Source of the DNA: an uncultured Flavobacterium sp.
Lineage (GTDB): Bacteria; Bacteroidota; Bacteroidia; B-17B0; Aurantibacillaceae
Assembly: GCA_964543545.1 (NCBI GenBank)
Contig: CAZIYT010000007.1
Coordinates: forward strand, 20,023 to 84,022
Length of the DNA: 64,000 nucleotides
Direction: 5' to 3'
Below the pieces are notes generated by a model. That model was not told the origin of the DNA and did not search any database. It saw only the letters and a list, made by a program, of their open reading frames with translations. Numbering within the stretch: position 1 is the stretch's first letter; each line of letters begins with the position of its first letter. Position numbers and translations under genes: made by a program. Shown here piece by piece: positions 19,374 to 28,879 of the stretch.

Positions 19374-19548
19374 AATGTTTGGCTCCTACGGAGCCATTCG
19401 TGTTTTTGGTGTCCGCCTGACCGGACGCCCTCCCGTGCCGGTACGCATGGAGGCAGCAATGATTATTGATAATGCCATGCTCCGTAGGAGCAACACATTA
19501 TTAAAAAAACAGAGCTATGTTCCTCTGGCTCCATAGGAGCCAAACATT
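19374..19548. mobile_element. MITE-like ~175-bp element with 22-bp terminal inverted repeats
   Basis: AATGTTTGGCTCCTACGGAGCC (19374-19395) against GGCTCCATAGGAGCCAAACATT (19527-19548), 21 of 22 complementary. A third GCTCC-GTA-GGAGC hairpin lies at 19479-19491. Confidence 0.5.
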
Positions 19549-19638
19549 TATCTTAAATAATGACCTTACCCTTAGGTTGCTATGTTGTTCTATTCCCAAT
19601 CCTTCAATAAATTAATTCAATAAGTAAACGACAAGGCA

Positions 19639-22098
19639 TCAAAACGTCACCGTCAGCGAAAACTTATAGGCCATGTTGTCCTCCCATTTCGGATAGGCAT
19701 AAGCACCGTAGCGCATGAAAGCCCCACCGCCCAGGCCCAGGTAGCATACGTTGAAGTAATTGGCGCGGATAATATTGTTGATCATCAGCCCGCTTTCGTA
19801 ATAGCCTTTCTCCATCGTTTTAAAATCAAGATCCCGGTGGCGCGAGGAGTCGCGTAAGGCGCCGTAGCCCACATTGGTAAAGACCAGGATCTCCGGGCGG
19901 AATTTTTCGGTTTTGAATAAGAGGCTGCCGAAGTTGTGCGACAAAAAGACATTCACATATTCATCGCTGAGAAATTCATACAGGCCCATCGTCTGGAACG
20001 TATGTCGCACAAATAAGTACCCGTCTTTGGTAAAGCTGCCCTTGCCCTGGAATAAGTAGGGATAAGGAACAATCCCTTCCAGCTTTCCTCCCTCCACCAG
20101 GAGGTTGGTCTTTCCAAGCATTTTCATCGTCACTGTTTTCTCGATCCCCACCGATAGCTTGTTGAAGCGGTAATCGCCATAGCCCGGTGTTTTGAAGCCG
20201 TTCGTATACGCGAAGTGCAGAATAGGATAGGTTGATCCCGAAGAGATCATTTGTCCGAAAGACTGCACCAGCTTCTCCTGGTAGGCATAGCGCCCTTTGA
20301 TCCGGAGCTCCGTGGAGTTGAAGACCGGCGCCTGCGGCGAGGAAAACACATCCTCATAAAAGGTATAAGGGTAGGTGGGCGTGCGCTGGTTCCGGCTGAG
20401 GGCCATATTCATGGTCAGGTAGTTCAGCGCCCTGAGATTCAAACACACTTCCTGCCGGATCACGTGGTCCATGCGGTAGGCAAGGAGGTTGCGCGTGAGG
20501 CTCACGGTCGTGTAGAAGTAGCCAGGGTTTCCGGGCTCCTCAATATCGTCGGAATAGCTGTACTGCAGGTAATAATCCTTGCTGTTCTTCTTAAAATTCA
20601 ATTTCGCATCGCCGCCGTATTTGATCACCTTGTCGCGGAAACCGTAACCGGCATAGCCTCCCACCGAAAACCATCGCGACAGGCGGTCGTTGGTATGAGC
20701 GCCAAAGCCAAGCCGTACCGTTTCATAATCGTTGAAACGGAGAAGGCGGTTCAGGTCGATGTTGAACACAGACACCGGTAACTGAGCCGTTGTCAGGGCC
20801 TCCAGGGTTTTCAGTTTCCGGTCGAAATGCAATTCTGCTCCCAGGCTGTCGAGCAGGTGATAGGTGAGTTGTTCTTTGGCATCCAGGGTATCCTGCCGGT
20901 TGGCATTCCAGTAAGCCGAATCATGGAAAGCTGCTTCCGGCTCCATCGTGACGGTGGCAAAGCCAAAGTCGCGCTTTCTGAGAGCCGGGTTCAGCTTTAC
21001 CTCTTTGACAAAGCTTTTTCCCGTCAGCTTCATGCCTATGTCTTTGGAAGGATAATTCCTGAAATACAATTCGTAGTTGAGTTGCTGCGGAAACCATTGC
21101 CTGTTGTCTGCGAATTGGTATTGCTGTTGGATTTTCAGCTCCAGCAGGCCTTTATCATAAGGAGAGGCAATCACGTTCTGAATCGCGTAGCCATTGGTAT
21201 TGATGTACAGCAGGCCTTGCAAGCCGTTGAAGTTCTTACCCTTCAAGGGGCGGAAGCTGATGATGTATACCGAGTCCGGACCCTGGTAGAGGGTATCTTC
21301 CAGCTGGAAAAAATACTTCGAGGTGCTGCCTGCCGCAATCGGGTTGAGGTAATCCTTATCCAGCATGTGAAACAAGTCGTCGTAAAAGCTGAAAGGCTGC
21401 AGGTCGGTGGCAGAGGTGGAAAAGGAAGGATTCTTCAATCCGGAAGCTTTGGTGGCCAGCACCGTTTCGTTGAGGCGGCCGGGAGCAAGGTAATTGCGCT
21501 CGTACACCGATTCGAGCATAAACACATGGGACTGGTCGATCAGGCGATCCAGGAAATTGATGTTGTCCCTGGCACTTGTATCAGCCTTGCCTGTGATGCC
21601 TGGCGCTTTCAGGCTATCGGGTTTCAACGAGTCTTTGGTGCCGGGATGCTTCACCAGGTCGTAGCAGGTTTTGCTATAGATGGTACAGGTGTAGGCCTTG
21701 ATCTGTTCGGGATTGTGGAATTCCCGGTTTTGCGAGGCCCGCCGGATAATGCGGTGCGCCGGATTTTCGCCGGCCACAATGCTCACCTCGTTGAGCTGGT
21801 GATCCACTGCATCCATCATAATCAGCAGGGGATTTCCGGCATCGGCCGCTAATTCCACCCGGCGATAGCCTACATAAGAAAAGACCAGGGCTGTGACGGG
21901 CGTTTCGGAGCTGATCCTGAATTTACCTTCGATGTTGCTGTAAGCCACGGTTTGTGTGCCTTTGATCACAATGCTCACAAAGGCCAGTGGCTCCTTCGTT
22001 ACCCGGTCGATCACTTTCCCTTCCACAAAATAGGAGGCATACGCATTGGCGGACAAGAAGAGATACACTACGGTTAAAAAGCGGTACATGAATGGCAT
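19639..22098 (-). CDS. CarboxypepD_reg-like plus DUF5686-type large outer-membrane-associated protein
   Basis: 819 aa. N-terminal VEGKVIDRVTKEPLAFVSIVIKGTQTVAYSNIEGKFRI. C-terminal beta-rich region ending ...YKFSLTVTF. Confidence 0.65.
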   Translation of the reverse strand: MPFMYRFLTVVYLFLSANAYASYFVEGKVIDRVTKEPLAFVSIVIKGTQTVAYSNIEGKFRISSETPVTALVFSYVGYRRVELAADAGNPLLIMMDAVDHQLNEVSIVAGENPAHRIIRRASQNREFHNPEQIKAYTCTIYSKTCYDLVKHPGTKDSLKPDSLKAPGITGKADTSARDNINFLDRLIDQSHVFMLESVYERNYLAPGRLNETVLATKASGLKNPSFSTSATDLQPFSFYDDLFHMLDKDYLNPIAAGSTSKYFFQLEDTLYQGPDSVYIISFRPLKGKNFNGLQGLLYINTNGYAIQNVIASPYDKGLLELKIQQQYQFADNRQWFPQQLNYELYFRNYPSKDIGMKLTGKSFVKEVKLNPALRKRDFGFATVTMEPEAAFHDSAYWNANRQDTLDAKEQLTYHLLDSLGAELHFDRKLKTLEALTTAQLPVSVFNIDLNRLLRFNDYETVRLGFGAHTNDRLSRWFSVGGYAGYGFRDKVIKYGGDAKLNFKKNSKDYYLQYSYSDDIEEPGNPGYFYTTVSLTRNLLAYRMDHVIRQEVCLNLRALNYLTMNMALSRNQRTPTYPYTFYEDVFSSPQAPVFNSTELRIKGRYAYQEKLVQSFGQMISSGSTYPILHFAYTNGFKTPGYGDYRFNKLSVGIEKTVTMKMLGKTNLLVEGGKLEGIVPYPYLFQGKGSFTKDGYLFVRHTFQTMGLYEFLSDEYVNVFLSHNFGSLLFKTEKFRPEILVFTNVGYGALRDSSRHRDLDFKTMEKGYYESGLMINNIIRANYFNVCYLGLGGGAFMRYGAYAYPKWEDNMAYKFSLTVTF
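19641..19661. repeat. 21-bp direct-repeat copy (the functional 3' end of the DUF5686 gene, encoding SLTVTF)
   Basis: Partner of 19320-19340. Confidence 0.85.
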
Positions 22099-22202
22099 TA
22101 ACGTAAAGATGGTAAACCTAGTATTATTTGTGAGTAATTCTGTACTGAAGAACAGGTAAAAATAAATTTGGTTTATAATATAAACTAGTTTATATTTGCA
22201 TC

Positions 22203-22868
22203 ATGCTAAGGAATTCTTACATCAAACCTTATATCACGGCTGCATGGATTTGCTTGTCTGTAGCGGCTTTCGGGCAAAGCGCCGCTTACAAAGCCGGGAT
22301 GAAAAAATGCCTGGCCCAGTTTCATAGTGCCAACAGTAAAACGGAATTCATCAAAGCAGCGGGCAGTTTTGAAACCCTGGCCCTTTCCGAAAAAACAGAA
22401 TGGCTGCCTTATTATTATGCAGGCCTCTGCGAAGCCCTCGGTGCTTTTTCGGCCGCTAAAACAGACATTGATGCCCGTTGCGACAAAGGCGACAGGCTGG
22501 CAAAGACGGCCGATTCCCTGAGTCCGCAAAACTCGGAAGTGTCTGTCCTGAAAGCCATGCTGTCCGCCGCCCGCATCCTGGTGGATGAAAAAAAGCGTGG
22601 GCAGAAATACGGCGGCCAGGTGATGAAGCATGCCAACGTAGCCATCAAGCTCAACAGTGCTAATCCACGGGCCTATCTCCTGAAAGGCCGTGCGCTCTTA
22701 TATACACCCGAAACATTCGGAGGCGGAGCCAAAAAGGCAAAGCCCGTGTTTGAAACCTCGCTGGAAAAATTTAAAGTCTTTAAAGCTGAAACGGAATTTT
22801 CCCCGCTGTGGGGGAAAGACGAAGCGGAGAAGGAGCTGAAAACAATGAACGATAAACCAACTAAATAA
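22203..22868 (+). CDS. Hypothetical secreted helical (TPR-like) protein
   Basis: Signal-like N-terminus, helical repeat composition. A TATATTTG box lies immediately upstream. Confidence 0.5.
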   Translation: MLRNSYIKPYITAAWICLSVAAFGQSAAYKAGMKKCLAQFHSANSKTEFIKAAGSFETLALSEKTEWLPYYYAGLCEALGAFSAAKTDIDARCDKGDRLAKTADSLSPQNSEVSVLKAMLSAARILVDEKKRGQKYGGQVMKHANVAIKLNSANPRAYLLKGRALLYTPETFGGGAKKAKPVFETSLEKFKVFKAETEFSPLWGKDEAEKELKTMNDKPTK

Positions 22869-22869
22869 T

Positions 22870-23451
22870 ATGGAAGAAAGAAGCATCAACCCGGCAGAAA
22901 GCCTGAGCATCATACAGGATATGATCTCCAGGGCGCAGAAGAACTACAGCATCGACAGTTTTTATTACATCATGTGGGGCTGGCTGACCTTTGCGGCCGC
23001 CACGCTGAGCTTTTTCCTCCTGCCTGTGCTGAAGGAAAACACAGGACTGGTGTGGCTGCTCATGCCCCTGGGCGGAATTATCTCTTACCTGTACGGAAGA
23101 AAGCAGTCGAAAAACCAGAAGGCCAAAACCCACCTCGAAAGCCATGTCAGCCAGGTGTGGCTCACCCTGGGGCTTGCCCTCGTCACGGTGGTCATTTCTA
23201 TTTTTATGGGTGTGAACCTGGAGATCATGCCCACCTTTATTTTACTGTATGGCATCGGCATCTTTTGCACCGGGCGCATCATCCGTTTTGTGCCGATGAT
23301 GATCGGCGGCGCGCTGTGCTTCCCGCTTTTTTTGCTCTGCGGCTATTTCACTTTTAATCACGGAGAATACCAGTTCCTGATTGTGGCACTGGCGATCCTC
23401 GTTTCTTATATTATTCCGGGGCACCTGCTCCGGGCGAAATTCAAATCTTAA
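22870..23451 (+). CDS. Hypothetical polytopic membrane protein
   Basis: 193 aa with about 5 hydrophobic segments. Its stop overlaps the next start (TAATG). Confidence 0.55.
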   Translation: MEERSINPAESLSIIQDMISRAQKNYSIDSFYYIMWGWLTFAAATLSFFLLPVLKENTGLVWLLMPLGGIISYLYGRKQSKNQKAKTHLESHVSQVWLTLGLALVTVVISIFMGVNLEIMPTFILLYGIGIFCTGRIIRFVPMMIGGALCFPLFLLCGYFTFNHGEYQFLIVALAILVSYIIPGHLLRAKFKS

Positions 23452-23756
23452 TGGCGCTAAAGGACCTTAATCCCTTGTTGCATTCGCAGCTGCGGCTGGC
23501 CGTGGTTTCCCTGCTGGCAGGCCTGAGCGAGGCGGACTTTTCTTACCTCAAAGAAGAGACCGGCTCTACGGCGGGTAACCTGAGCGTGCAATTGCAAAAG
23601 CTGAAAGAGGCCGGCTACATCGAGATCGAAAAATCATTTAAAAATAATTATCCGCAAACCACCTGTAAAATAACCCCGAAAGGCATAGACGCATTCGGCG
23701 AGTATGTGGAAAGCCTGAAAGAGTATTTAACCCCGAAAGAACCGAAGATCAGATAA
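23451..23756 (+). CDS. Winged-helix (HTH_34/ArsR-like) transcriptional regulator
   Basis: LRLAVVSLLAGLSEADFSYLKEETGSTAGNLSVQLQKLKEAGYIEIEK. Translationally coupled to the upstream membrane protein. Confidence 0.6.
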   Translation: MALKDLNPLLHSQLRLAVVSLLAGLSEADFSYLKEETGSTAGNLSVQLQKLKEAGYIEIEKSFKNNYPQTTCKITPKGIDAFGEYVESLKEYLTPKEPKIR

Positions 23757-23799
23757 TCTATTCTTCAATTTAATAAATCATCAACCCAATCATTAATTC

Positions 23800-24072
23800 A
23801 TGGAAACAGAAAGAGAAAAAGAACTCTGGAAGCTTGCCAAAAAACGCGTGAGCTTCAAAAGGCATTTAGCCACTTACATTGTCATCAACAGCTTCCTTTG
23901 GCTGCTGTGGTATTTTACCGACCGCACCAACGAGTCGGCGGGTGTGCCCTGGCCGATCTTCCCGATGCTGGGCTGGGGTATCGGCATCCTGTTCAGCTTT
24001 CTCAATGCCTATGTGTTTACCAGCAAGGATTCGGTAGAGCGGGAGTATGAAAAACTGAGAGGGAATAAATAA
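23800..24072 (+). CDS. 2TM-domain membrane protein
   Basis: KRVSFKRHLATYIVINSFLWLLWYFT...GWGIGILFSFLNAYVF. Confidence 0.55.
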   Translation: METEREKELWKLAKKRVSFKRHLATYIVINSFLWLLWYFTDRTNESAGVPWPIFPMLGWGIGILFSFLNAYVFTSKDSVEREYEKLRGNK

Positions 24073-24145
24073 GAAAACAGAATTAATTTCATAAAAGAAA
24101 AGGCAGGTAGGTTTCGTATCTGCTTTTTTTAATTATTTCAATTGA

Positions 24146-24396
24146 TTTTGGGCACCCGGGCGGGCCATTACGGGCTCCGCTTCGCTGCGGTTTTTTTAGG
24201 GCGAAAGAGACAGCGCCCTAAAAAGAACTAAACTCTTCATGTCCCTGGTGCAGCAGGTACTCTCCATTGAGCGTAAAGCTCATACTTTAAGCTAAGCCGC
24301 GTGAGGGATAGAGCCATTGTCTGAGCTCTTTTTGTAGCTTTTTCAGCTACAAAAAAGCGAGTGGCGAAAGCCCGGCCCGAAGGGCACGCCCAAAAA
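24146..24396. repeat. Family-1 composite element (inverted pair of units)
   Basis: Left end TTTTGGGCACCCGGGCGGGCC. Right end GCCCGGCCCGAAGGGCACGCCCAAAAAA. Internal hairpins GGGCG..CGCCC and TTGTAGC..GCTACAA. Confidence 0.65.
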
Positions 24397-24448
24397 ATAA
24401 AAAAGATAGATTCTAAACGTCTACCTTTTTTTATATCTGATTATTTTT

Positions 24449-25768
24449 TTATTTCATAAACTTCTGCTTTACCTCGCTGTAGGTCGGGAAGTTGTTATGA
24501 TGCCAGTTCATGATAATGGTGCCGTCTTTGATCAGGATCAGGCCCGGGTTTGAGCGGATCATGGTTTTCAGGACAATACCGTCGGCATTTGCAAAATCGT
24601 AGAGTGCCTGGTGTGCATGCTTGTAAGTGTCCACACGTTTGGCATCGTTGGCGGTGAGTGCCAGCATCCCGATCTTATCGGCGGCGGCCAGCTTATAGAG
24701 GTCGTTGATCTTGGCATGCAGGGTGGCATCGTCATCGGTTTTATCCAAATCGTAGCATACCAGCAGGAATAGATAATCCTTCACGTTCAGCACGCTGTCG
24801 CGGATGTCGCGGCCGTCGAGCGAGAGGATCGAGAAGTCAACGATCTTCGGCGCATTGATGGCATCGTGGATCAGCACATTATCCGTAGCCACCCATTTCC
24901 AGCGGAGGGTATCCTGCCACGGGTAGTTCTGCATGTTGAAGTGTTTCTGCTCGCCGGTTTTCAGATCCTCGTAAATAAAGCCCGATTCATATTCCGCCGG
25001 CTTGTATCCCGCCGGGGTTTCCATGTTCTTTTTGATGTTATCGCCGATCTTGTAAGCCCTGAAATCCAGCGGAGGCAGGTTGCGGTATGCATAGATCGGG
25101 AAGGCAAAGGAAAGCACAATGGCAATCAGTGTCAGGGAAACCGTGATCATCGGGGAGAACAATTCGTTGATATTGTCCTTACCGGAAATCAGCAGGGTGA
25201 TGAGGATGAGCAACACCACATCTTTCCAGAAGCTTGTCCAGGGTTTCAGCACAAGGAAGTCGCCGAAGCAGCCGCAGGTGGTGACCTTATTGTAGCAGGC
25301 CGAATAAAAAGTAAGAAAGGTGAAAAAGGCGATCTGGGCAAAGAGCAGGCCGAGTGTGAGCTTCGCTTTATAACCCACCAGCAGCATGAAGCCCAGGGCC
25401 ATTTCGCTCACGCATAATACAATGGCCAGCGGCAGGGCAATGTGCGCAAAGCTTTCGAAGATGCCCCATCCCGAATCAGTTTTGAATACCTCAAAATATT
25501 CCTCCAGCTTGTAGCTGAAGCCCAGCGGGTCATTAGCCTTGATAAAGCCCGAAAAAATAAAAAGACCACCCACGATAATTCTTGCCAGGTGGGTAATGAT
25601 CGGGAACTTGCCGATGAAGCCCGAGCCGTTTACCAGGAGCACCAGGATACCAAGCACAATGGCAATGGTGGTTTTACTAAAGCAGGGCGGGCATACATAG
25701 AACAGGAATGCAGCCAGGCCGAGCGACCAGATAAAGCGGAACAATTTCGAGGATAAGAATTTTTTCAT
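24449..25768 (-). CDS. DoxX/MauE-type membrane protein with C-terminal thioredoxin-like domain (BT_3928-like)
   Basis: IVGGLFIFSGFIKANDPLGFSYKLEEYFEVF and multiple TM segments, followed by a soluble C-terminal domain. Confidence 0.55.
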   Translation of the reverse strand: MKKFLSSKLFRFIWSLGLAAFLFYVCPPCFSKTTIAIVLGILVLLVNGSGFIGKFPIITHLARIIVGGLFIFSGFIKANDPLGFSYKLEEYFEVFKTDSGWGIFESFAHIALPLAIVLCVSEMALGFMLLVGYKAKLTLGLLFAQIAFFTFLTFYSACYNKVTTCGCFGDFLVLKPWTSFWKDVVLLILITLLISGKDNINELFSPMITVSLTLIAIVLSFAFPIYAYRNLPPLDFRAYKIGDNIKKNMETPAGYKPAEYESGFIYEDLKTGEQKHFNMQNYPWQDTLRWKWVATDNVLIHDAINAPKIVDFSILSLDGRDIRDSVLNVKDYLFLLVCYDLDKTDDDATLHAKINDLYKLAAADKIGMLALTANDAKRVDTYKHAHQALYDFANADGIVLKTMIRSNPGLILIKDGTIIMNWHHNNFPTYSEVKQKFMK

Positions 25769-25819
25769 GTGTAGATATGATTATTTTTTAGGGCCACATA
25801 ACAGGGTTACTAAACGTCC

Positions 25820-26530
25820 TTAATGTTTGATCTCAAATTTACAATAAATAGAGTACTCGATTTTGATTTTTTTGAAACCGATCTCATCGGCTGTCGACTC
25901 GAAGGAAGCGAGCCGCCCTTCGCGGTAACCGCTATAGTTGTTATTGCTGATATTAGCTGTGTTGATATAAAAAGCCGGGTTGTCTTCCCGCACCACCAGG
26001 CAGCTTCCCGGTTTCTCATTAATGGCGCCCAGCAGGTAGGTCGCTTTGTCCTTAGCCGCTTTGATGGCCATGATCCTGACCGTTTTGGTCAGGCTGTCGA
26101 TTTTGGAATGCGACACATGATCAATGCCGGCATCCTTCACCTCAATCTTATCCAGTTCGGTGAAGAGCTTTCTCAACTCCTGTGGCGTGGCTGTTTTCAG
26201 GAGGTAGGCTTTCTGGGTCATCACCTCTTTGGTTTTCCAGCGTACTTTCATATAATCGGCATTCACATCGCTTACGGAAAGGTTCTTAAGCTCGATACCG
26301 GCATTGGCGACGGCCGCTCTTAATTTCTCTTCCTGTTGTTCGATGGTGATTTTTTCGCGCGATTCGTTTTTTTCCTGGAGCAGGATCCTCACGTAGATCT
26401 CATCCGGGGTAATCTCTTTTTCGGCCGTGCCGGTTACTTCAATGATGTCTTTTTCGGGAACCGTGCCGCTTTGTGCGTTCAGCAGGCTGCCGAGGCTCAG
26501 CAGGAAGCCTAATGGGAGAAGTCGTTTCAT
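25820..26530 (-). CDS. SIMPL (DUF541)-like periplasmic protein, second paralogue in the window
   Basis: Signal peptide, then IIEVTGTAEKEITPDEIYVRILL. Same layout as 966..1625. Confidence 0.55.
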   Translation of the reverse strand: MKRLLPLGFLLSLGSLLNAQSGTVPEKDIIEVTGTAEKEITPDEIYVRILLQEKNESREKITIEQQEEKLRAAVANAGIELKNLSVSDVNADYMKVRWKTKEVMTQKAYLLKTATPQELRKLFTELDKIEVKDAGIDHVSHSKIDSLTKTVRIMAIKAAKDKATYLLGAINEKPGSCLVVREDNPAFYINTANISNNNYSGYREGRLASFESTADEIGFKKIKIEYSIYCKFEIKH

Positions 26531-26721
26531 GGCTGTAATTTTCTCTAAAATAGAACCTATCCCGCTATGATGGACTGTTTTTTCTTTTTTTAACTAACAG
26601 CCTTTGTTTAATACCCACAATAAATACCCAACACAGGGTATCGGCCTCCGGGTCATGTCATCTAATTTTGTGGCAGGGCAGGGAAAGCCCGTGAGTGTAA
26701 AATAGTTTCGTGGTGGATGGG

Positions 26722-26759
26722 AAAAGCCCCGGTTCGTAGCTGTCCGGGGCTTTTGTTTT
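26722..26759 (+). terminator. Orphan terminator-shaped hairpin in the leader of the cupredoxin gene
   Basis: GCCCCGG...CCGGGGC stem followed by TTTTGTTTT. No plus-strand gene lies upstream. Confidence 0.4.
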
Positions 26760-26803
26760 GTGACGATTATTAGTACCTTTAAGCCTATTAAAACGATCGT
26801 CTC

Positions 26804-27142
26804 ATGAAATTACAGATTCTTTTTTTAGTAGTGTGTGCAGGCTTTTTGGTGAATGGCTGTAACAAGAAACCGAAAGGTACACGCGGAGAAAATGAAGTAT
26901 GGCTCGAATATAAATTATTTGTACCGCAGCAGCTGGTAGTGAAAGCCGGCACCACGGTTACCTTTACCAATAAAGATAACGCTAATCACACGGCTACCAA
27001 TATCAACGGGCTGTTCGACAGCGGCAAGATCACCAGCGAAAACTCCTGGTCCTATACCTTCGATAAGCCCGGAAGCTATAGCTTTTACTGCAATTACCAT
27101 TCTTCCAATACCTCCGAGCAGGGCTATATCGTCGTGCAGTAG
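26804..27142 (+). CDS. Cupredoxin (plastocyanin/azurin-like) copper-binding lipoprotein
   Basis: LVNGC lipobox. VKAGTTVTFTNKDNANHTAT...GSYSFYCNYHSS supplies His...Cys-x2-His ligands. Confidence 0.7.
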   Translation: MKLQILFLVVCAGFLVNGCNKKPKGTRGENEVWLEYKLFVPQQLVVKAGTTVTFTNKDNANHTATNINGLFDSGKITSENSWSYTFDKPGSYSFYCNYHSSNTSEQGYIVVQ

Positions 27143-27242
27143 GAATATTTTCTTTACGGTGCCTTCGAGACCCTCAGGCACCGGTATCCTAAACTGAGTT
27201 TATGCTGTATGGGTGGCTGAGGCACCCGAAGCCACTCATCAA

Positions 27243-27280
27243 ATAAAAAAACAGATGCTGAATCATCAACATCTGTTTTA
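27243..27280. terminator. Bidirectional terminator between convergent genes
   Basis: A-run, ACAGATG...CATCTGT stem, T-run. Confidence 0.65.
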
Positions 27281-27298
27281 AGCCGGGTTTCAAAAAGA

Positions 27299-28084
27299 TC
27301 AGTTCGCTTTCCGGGCACCTTGTTTTTTGATGGATTCCATTTCCACCTGCAGGTTGCGGAGCATGTTCATGATGCTGCCCACGTTCAGTTCCTCTTCCTT
27401 ATAATCCGTCATGTTGATGCAGCAGGTATATTCCCAGAGCTCCAGCACATCTTTCAGGTTTACTTTGTAAGGCTGGTACATCTTATTGTCCGAATGGCAT
27501 TCCATAAAGCCCTTTTTGGTGTTGAGGTTGAAGATGCGTTTGTAAGACAGGCCGTCGTCTTTGGTTACCACAATATAGGTATGCCCGTTCTTCACATCTT
27601 CCACGCGGTCGAGGTATTTGGCTACCACAAAAGAGCCCTCTCTTACCGGGGGCATACTGTCGCCTTTGATCGGGAAGGCGCGGTGCTTGCCGGTAGGCAG
27701 GAAAGGCAGCTTCATACGCGGCAGGCGCTCCATGTATTCCGGATCGGCGTAGCCTTTCAGGTAGCCGGCGCTGGCTTTCAACGGCACGAGCTCTACCACA
27801 TCCTTTCCTTCGTCGTCGATCAGTACCGGGAATAACATCCGGTTCTTGCCGATCTTCATTAAGCCGTCGAGGCTCGTTTTGCTGAGATCGCCACGTACCA
27901 GGGCATCTACGGCCACATGGAAAAAATCGGAAATAGCGATGAGCAGATCGATGGATGGCTCATTGCGGTTCTCTTCGTAAGCGCCGAGGCGGGAACGTGT
28001 AATTCCCAGGCTTTCGGCCAATTGCTCCTGCGACAGGCCTTTTTGCAGGCGCAGGTATTTTAGGTTGCTGAATACTTTACTCAT
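27299..28084 (-). CDS. XRE-family HTH regulator fused to an S24 LexA-like peptidase domain
   Basis: LRLQKGLSQEQLAESLGITRSRLGAYEENRNEPS (HTH) and AFPIKGDSMPP...YIVV (S24). Confidence 0.8.
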   Translation of the reverse strand: MSKVFSNLKYLRLQKGLSQEQLAESLGITRSRLGAYEENRNEPSIDLLIAISDFFHVAVDALVRGDLSKTSLDGLMKIGKNRMLFPVLIDDEGKDVVELVPLKASAGYLKGYADPEYMERLPRMKLPFLPTGKHRAFPIKGDSMPPVREGSFVVAKYLDRVEDVKNGHTYIVVTKDDGLSYKRIFNLNTKKGFMECHSDNKMYQPYKVNLKDVLELWEYTCCINMTDYKEEELNVGSIMNMLRNLQVEMESIKKQGARKAN

Positions 28085-28227
28085 GATTTTAAAATGCTAT
28101 GATTTGTAGCACTAAGATACTACATTTAGTAGTATGTTTGCAAAGAGTTTTTGTTAATTTTTTATTAATTTGTTGTTTGCCGGGGTTTTGCAGGTGTTTT
28201 TAAAACATCTGCAGAACCTTTACGGTT

Positions 28228-28701
28228 TTAAGGAATCTTTTCGAGGATCATCCGGTAAAGCTCGTAACAGGCCTTTTTGCGGATAGTGAGCGGTGTGCCA
28301 CGGAATACTTTTTTCTGCCGGAAAAGCCTGCGCTTATAAGCAACCACCAGGAACACGCTTCCCACGGGCTTGTCTTTGGTTTCGCTTCCGCCCTCCGAGG
28401 CCAGCCCGGTCATGGCGGCATACACATCGGCCCGGATCAGCTTCGGCAATTTTTTCACCAGGGCCTCCGTTACTTCCATCGACTCGCAGCTATAACGCTC
28501 AATCAGCGTTTGCGGGATTCCCATCAGCGCCGCTTTTACCTCAGGCGAGTAGCATACAATGGAGCCGGCCAGCACTTCGGAGGTGCCGGGCACACCGGCC
28601 AGGAGATGCGCCGCCAGTCCGCCGGTCACGCTTTCCGCCAGGGCCAGTTTTAGCTGTTTCTCTTTGAGGGTACGGATGAATACCGCCACGCGCTTGTCCA
28701 T
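28228..28701 (-). CDS. CinA-family nicotinamide-nucleotide amidohydrolase (PncC-like domain only)
   Basis: LALAESVTGGLAAHLLAGVPGTSEVLAGSIVCYSPEVK. Confidence 0.85.
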   Translation of the reverse strand: MDKRVAVFIRTLKEKQLKLALAESVTGGLAAHLLAGVPGTSEVLAGSIVCYSPEVKAALMGIPQTLIERYSCESMEVTEALVKKLPKLIRADVYAAMTGLASEGGSETKDKPVGSVFLVVAYKRRLFRQKKVFRGTPLTIRKKACYELYRMILEKIP

Positions 28702-28879
28702 AGACCTTGTTTTAAAATTTTTGAGTAGGAGGTGCTCTTATAAGTTCTCTTGTTTTTTATTCCGGGCTTCGGTTCACCTGTTCTTCGCTTGCCGGTATAG
28801 CAAGATCAAAACTAAATGCCAGCACGGCGGGCATAGCCTTTGCATCCGGAGCGCATAACCTTATAAAACTACACGACAC

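Noticed and set aside
19351-19536. 61-aa ORF
   Set aside because: It lies entirely inside the MITE-like inverted-repeat element. The ORFs 30439-30627, 44054-44239 and 49604-49861 were rejected for the same reason, because they lie inside family-1 repeats.
20827-21852. 341-aa plus-strand ORF, plus the 176-aa ORF at 20251-20781
   Set aside because: They are antisense shadows within the 819-aa DUF5686-type gene.
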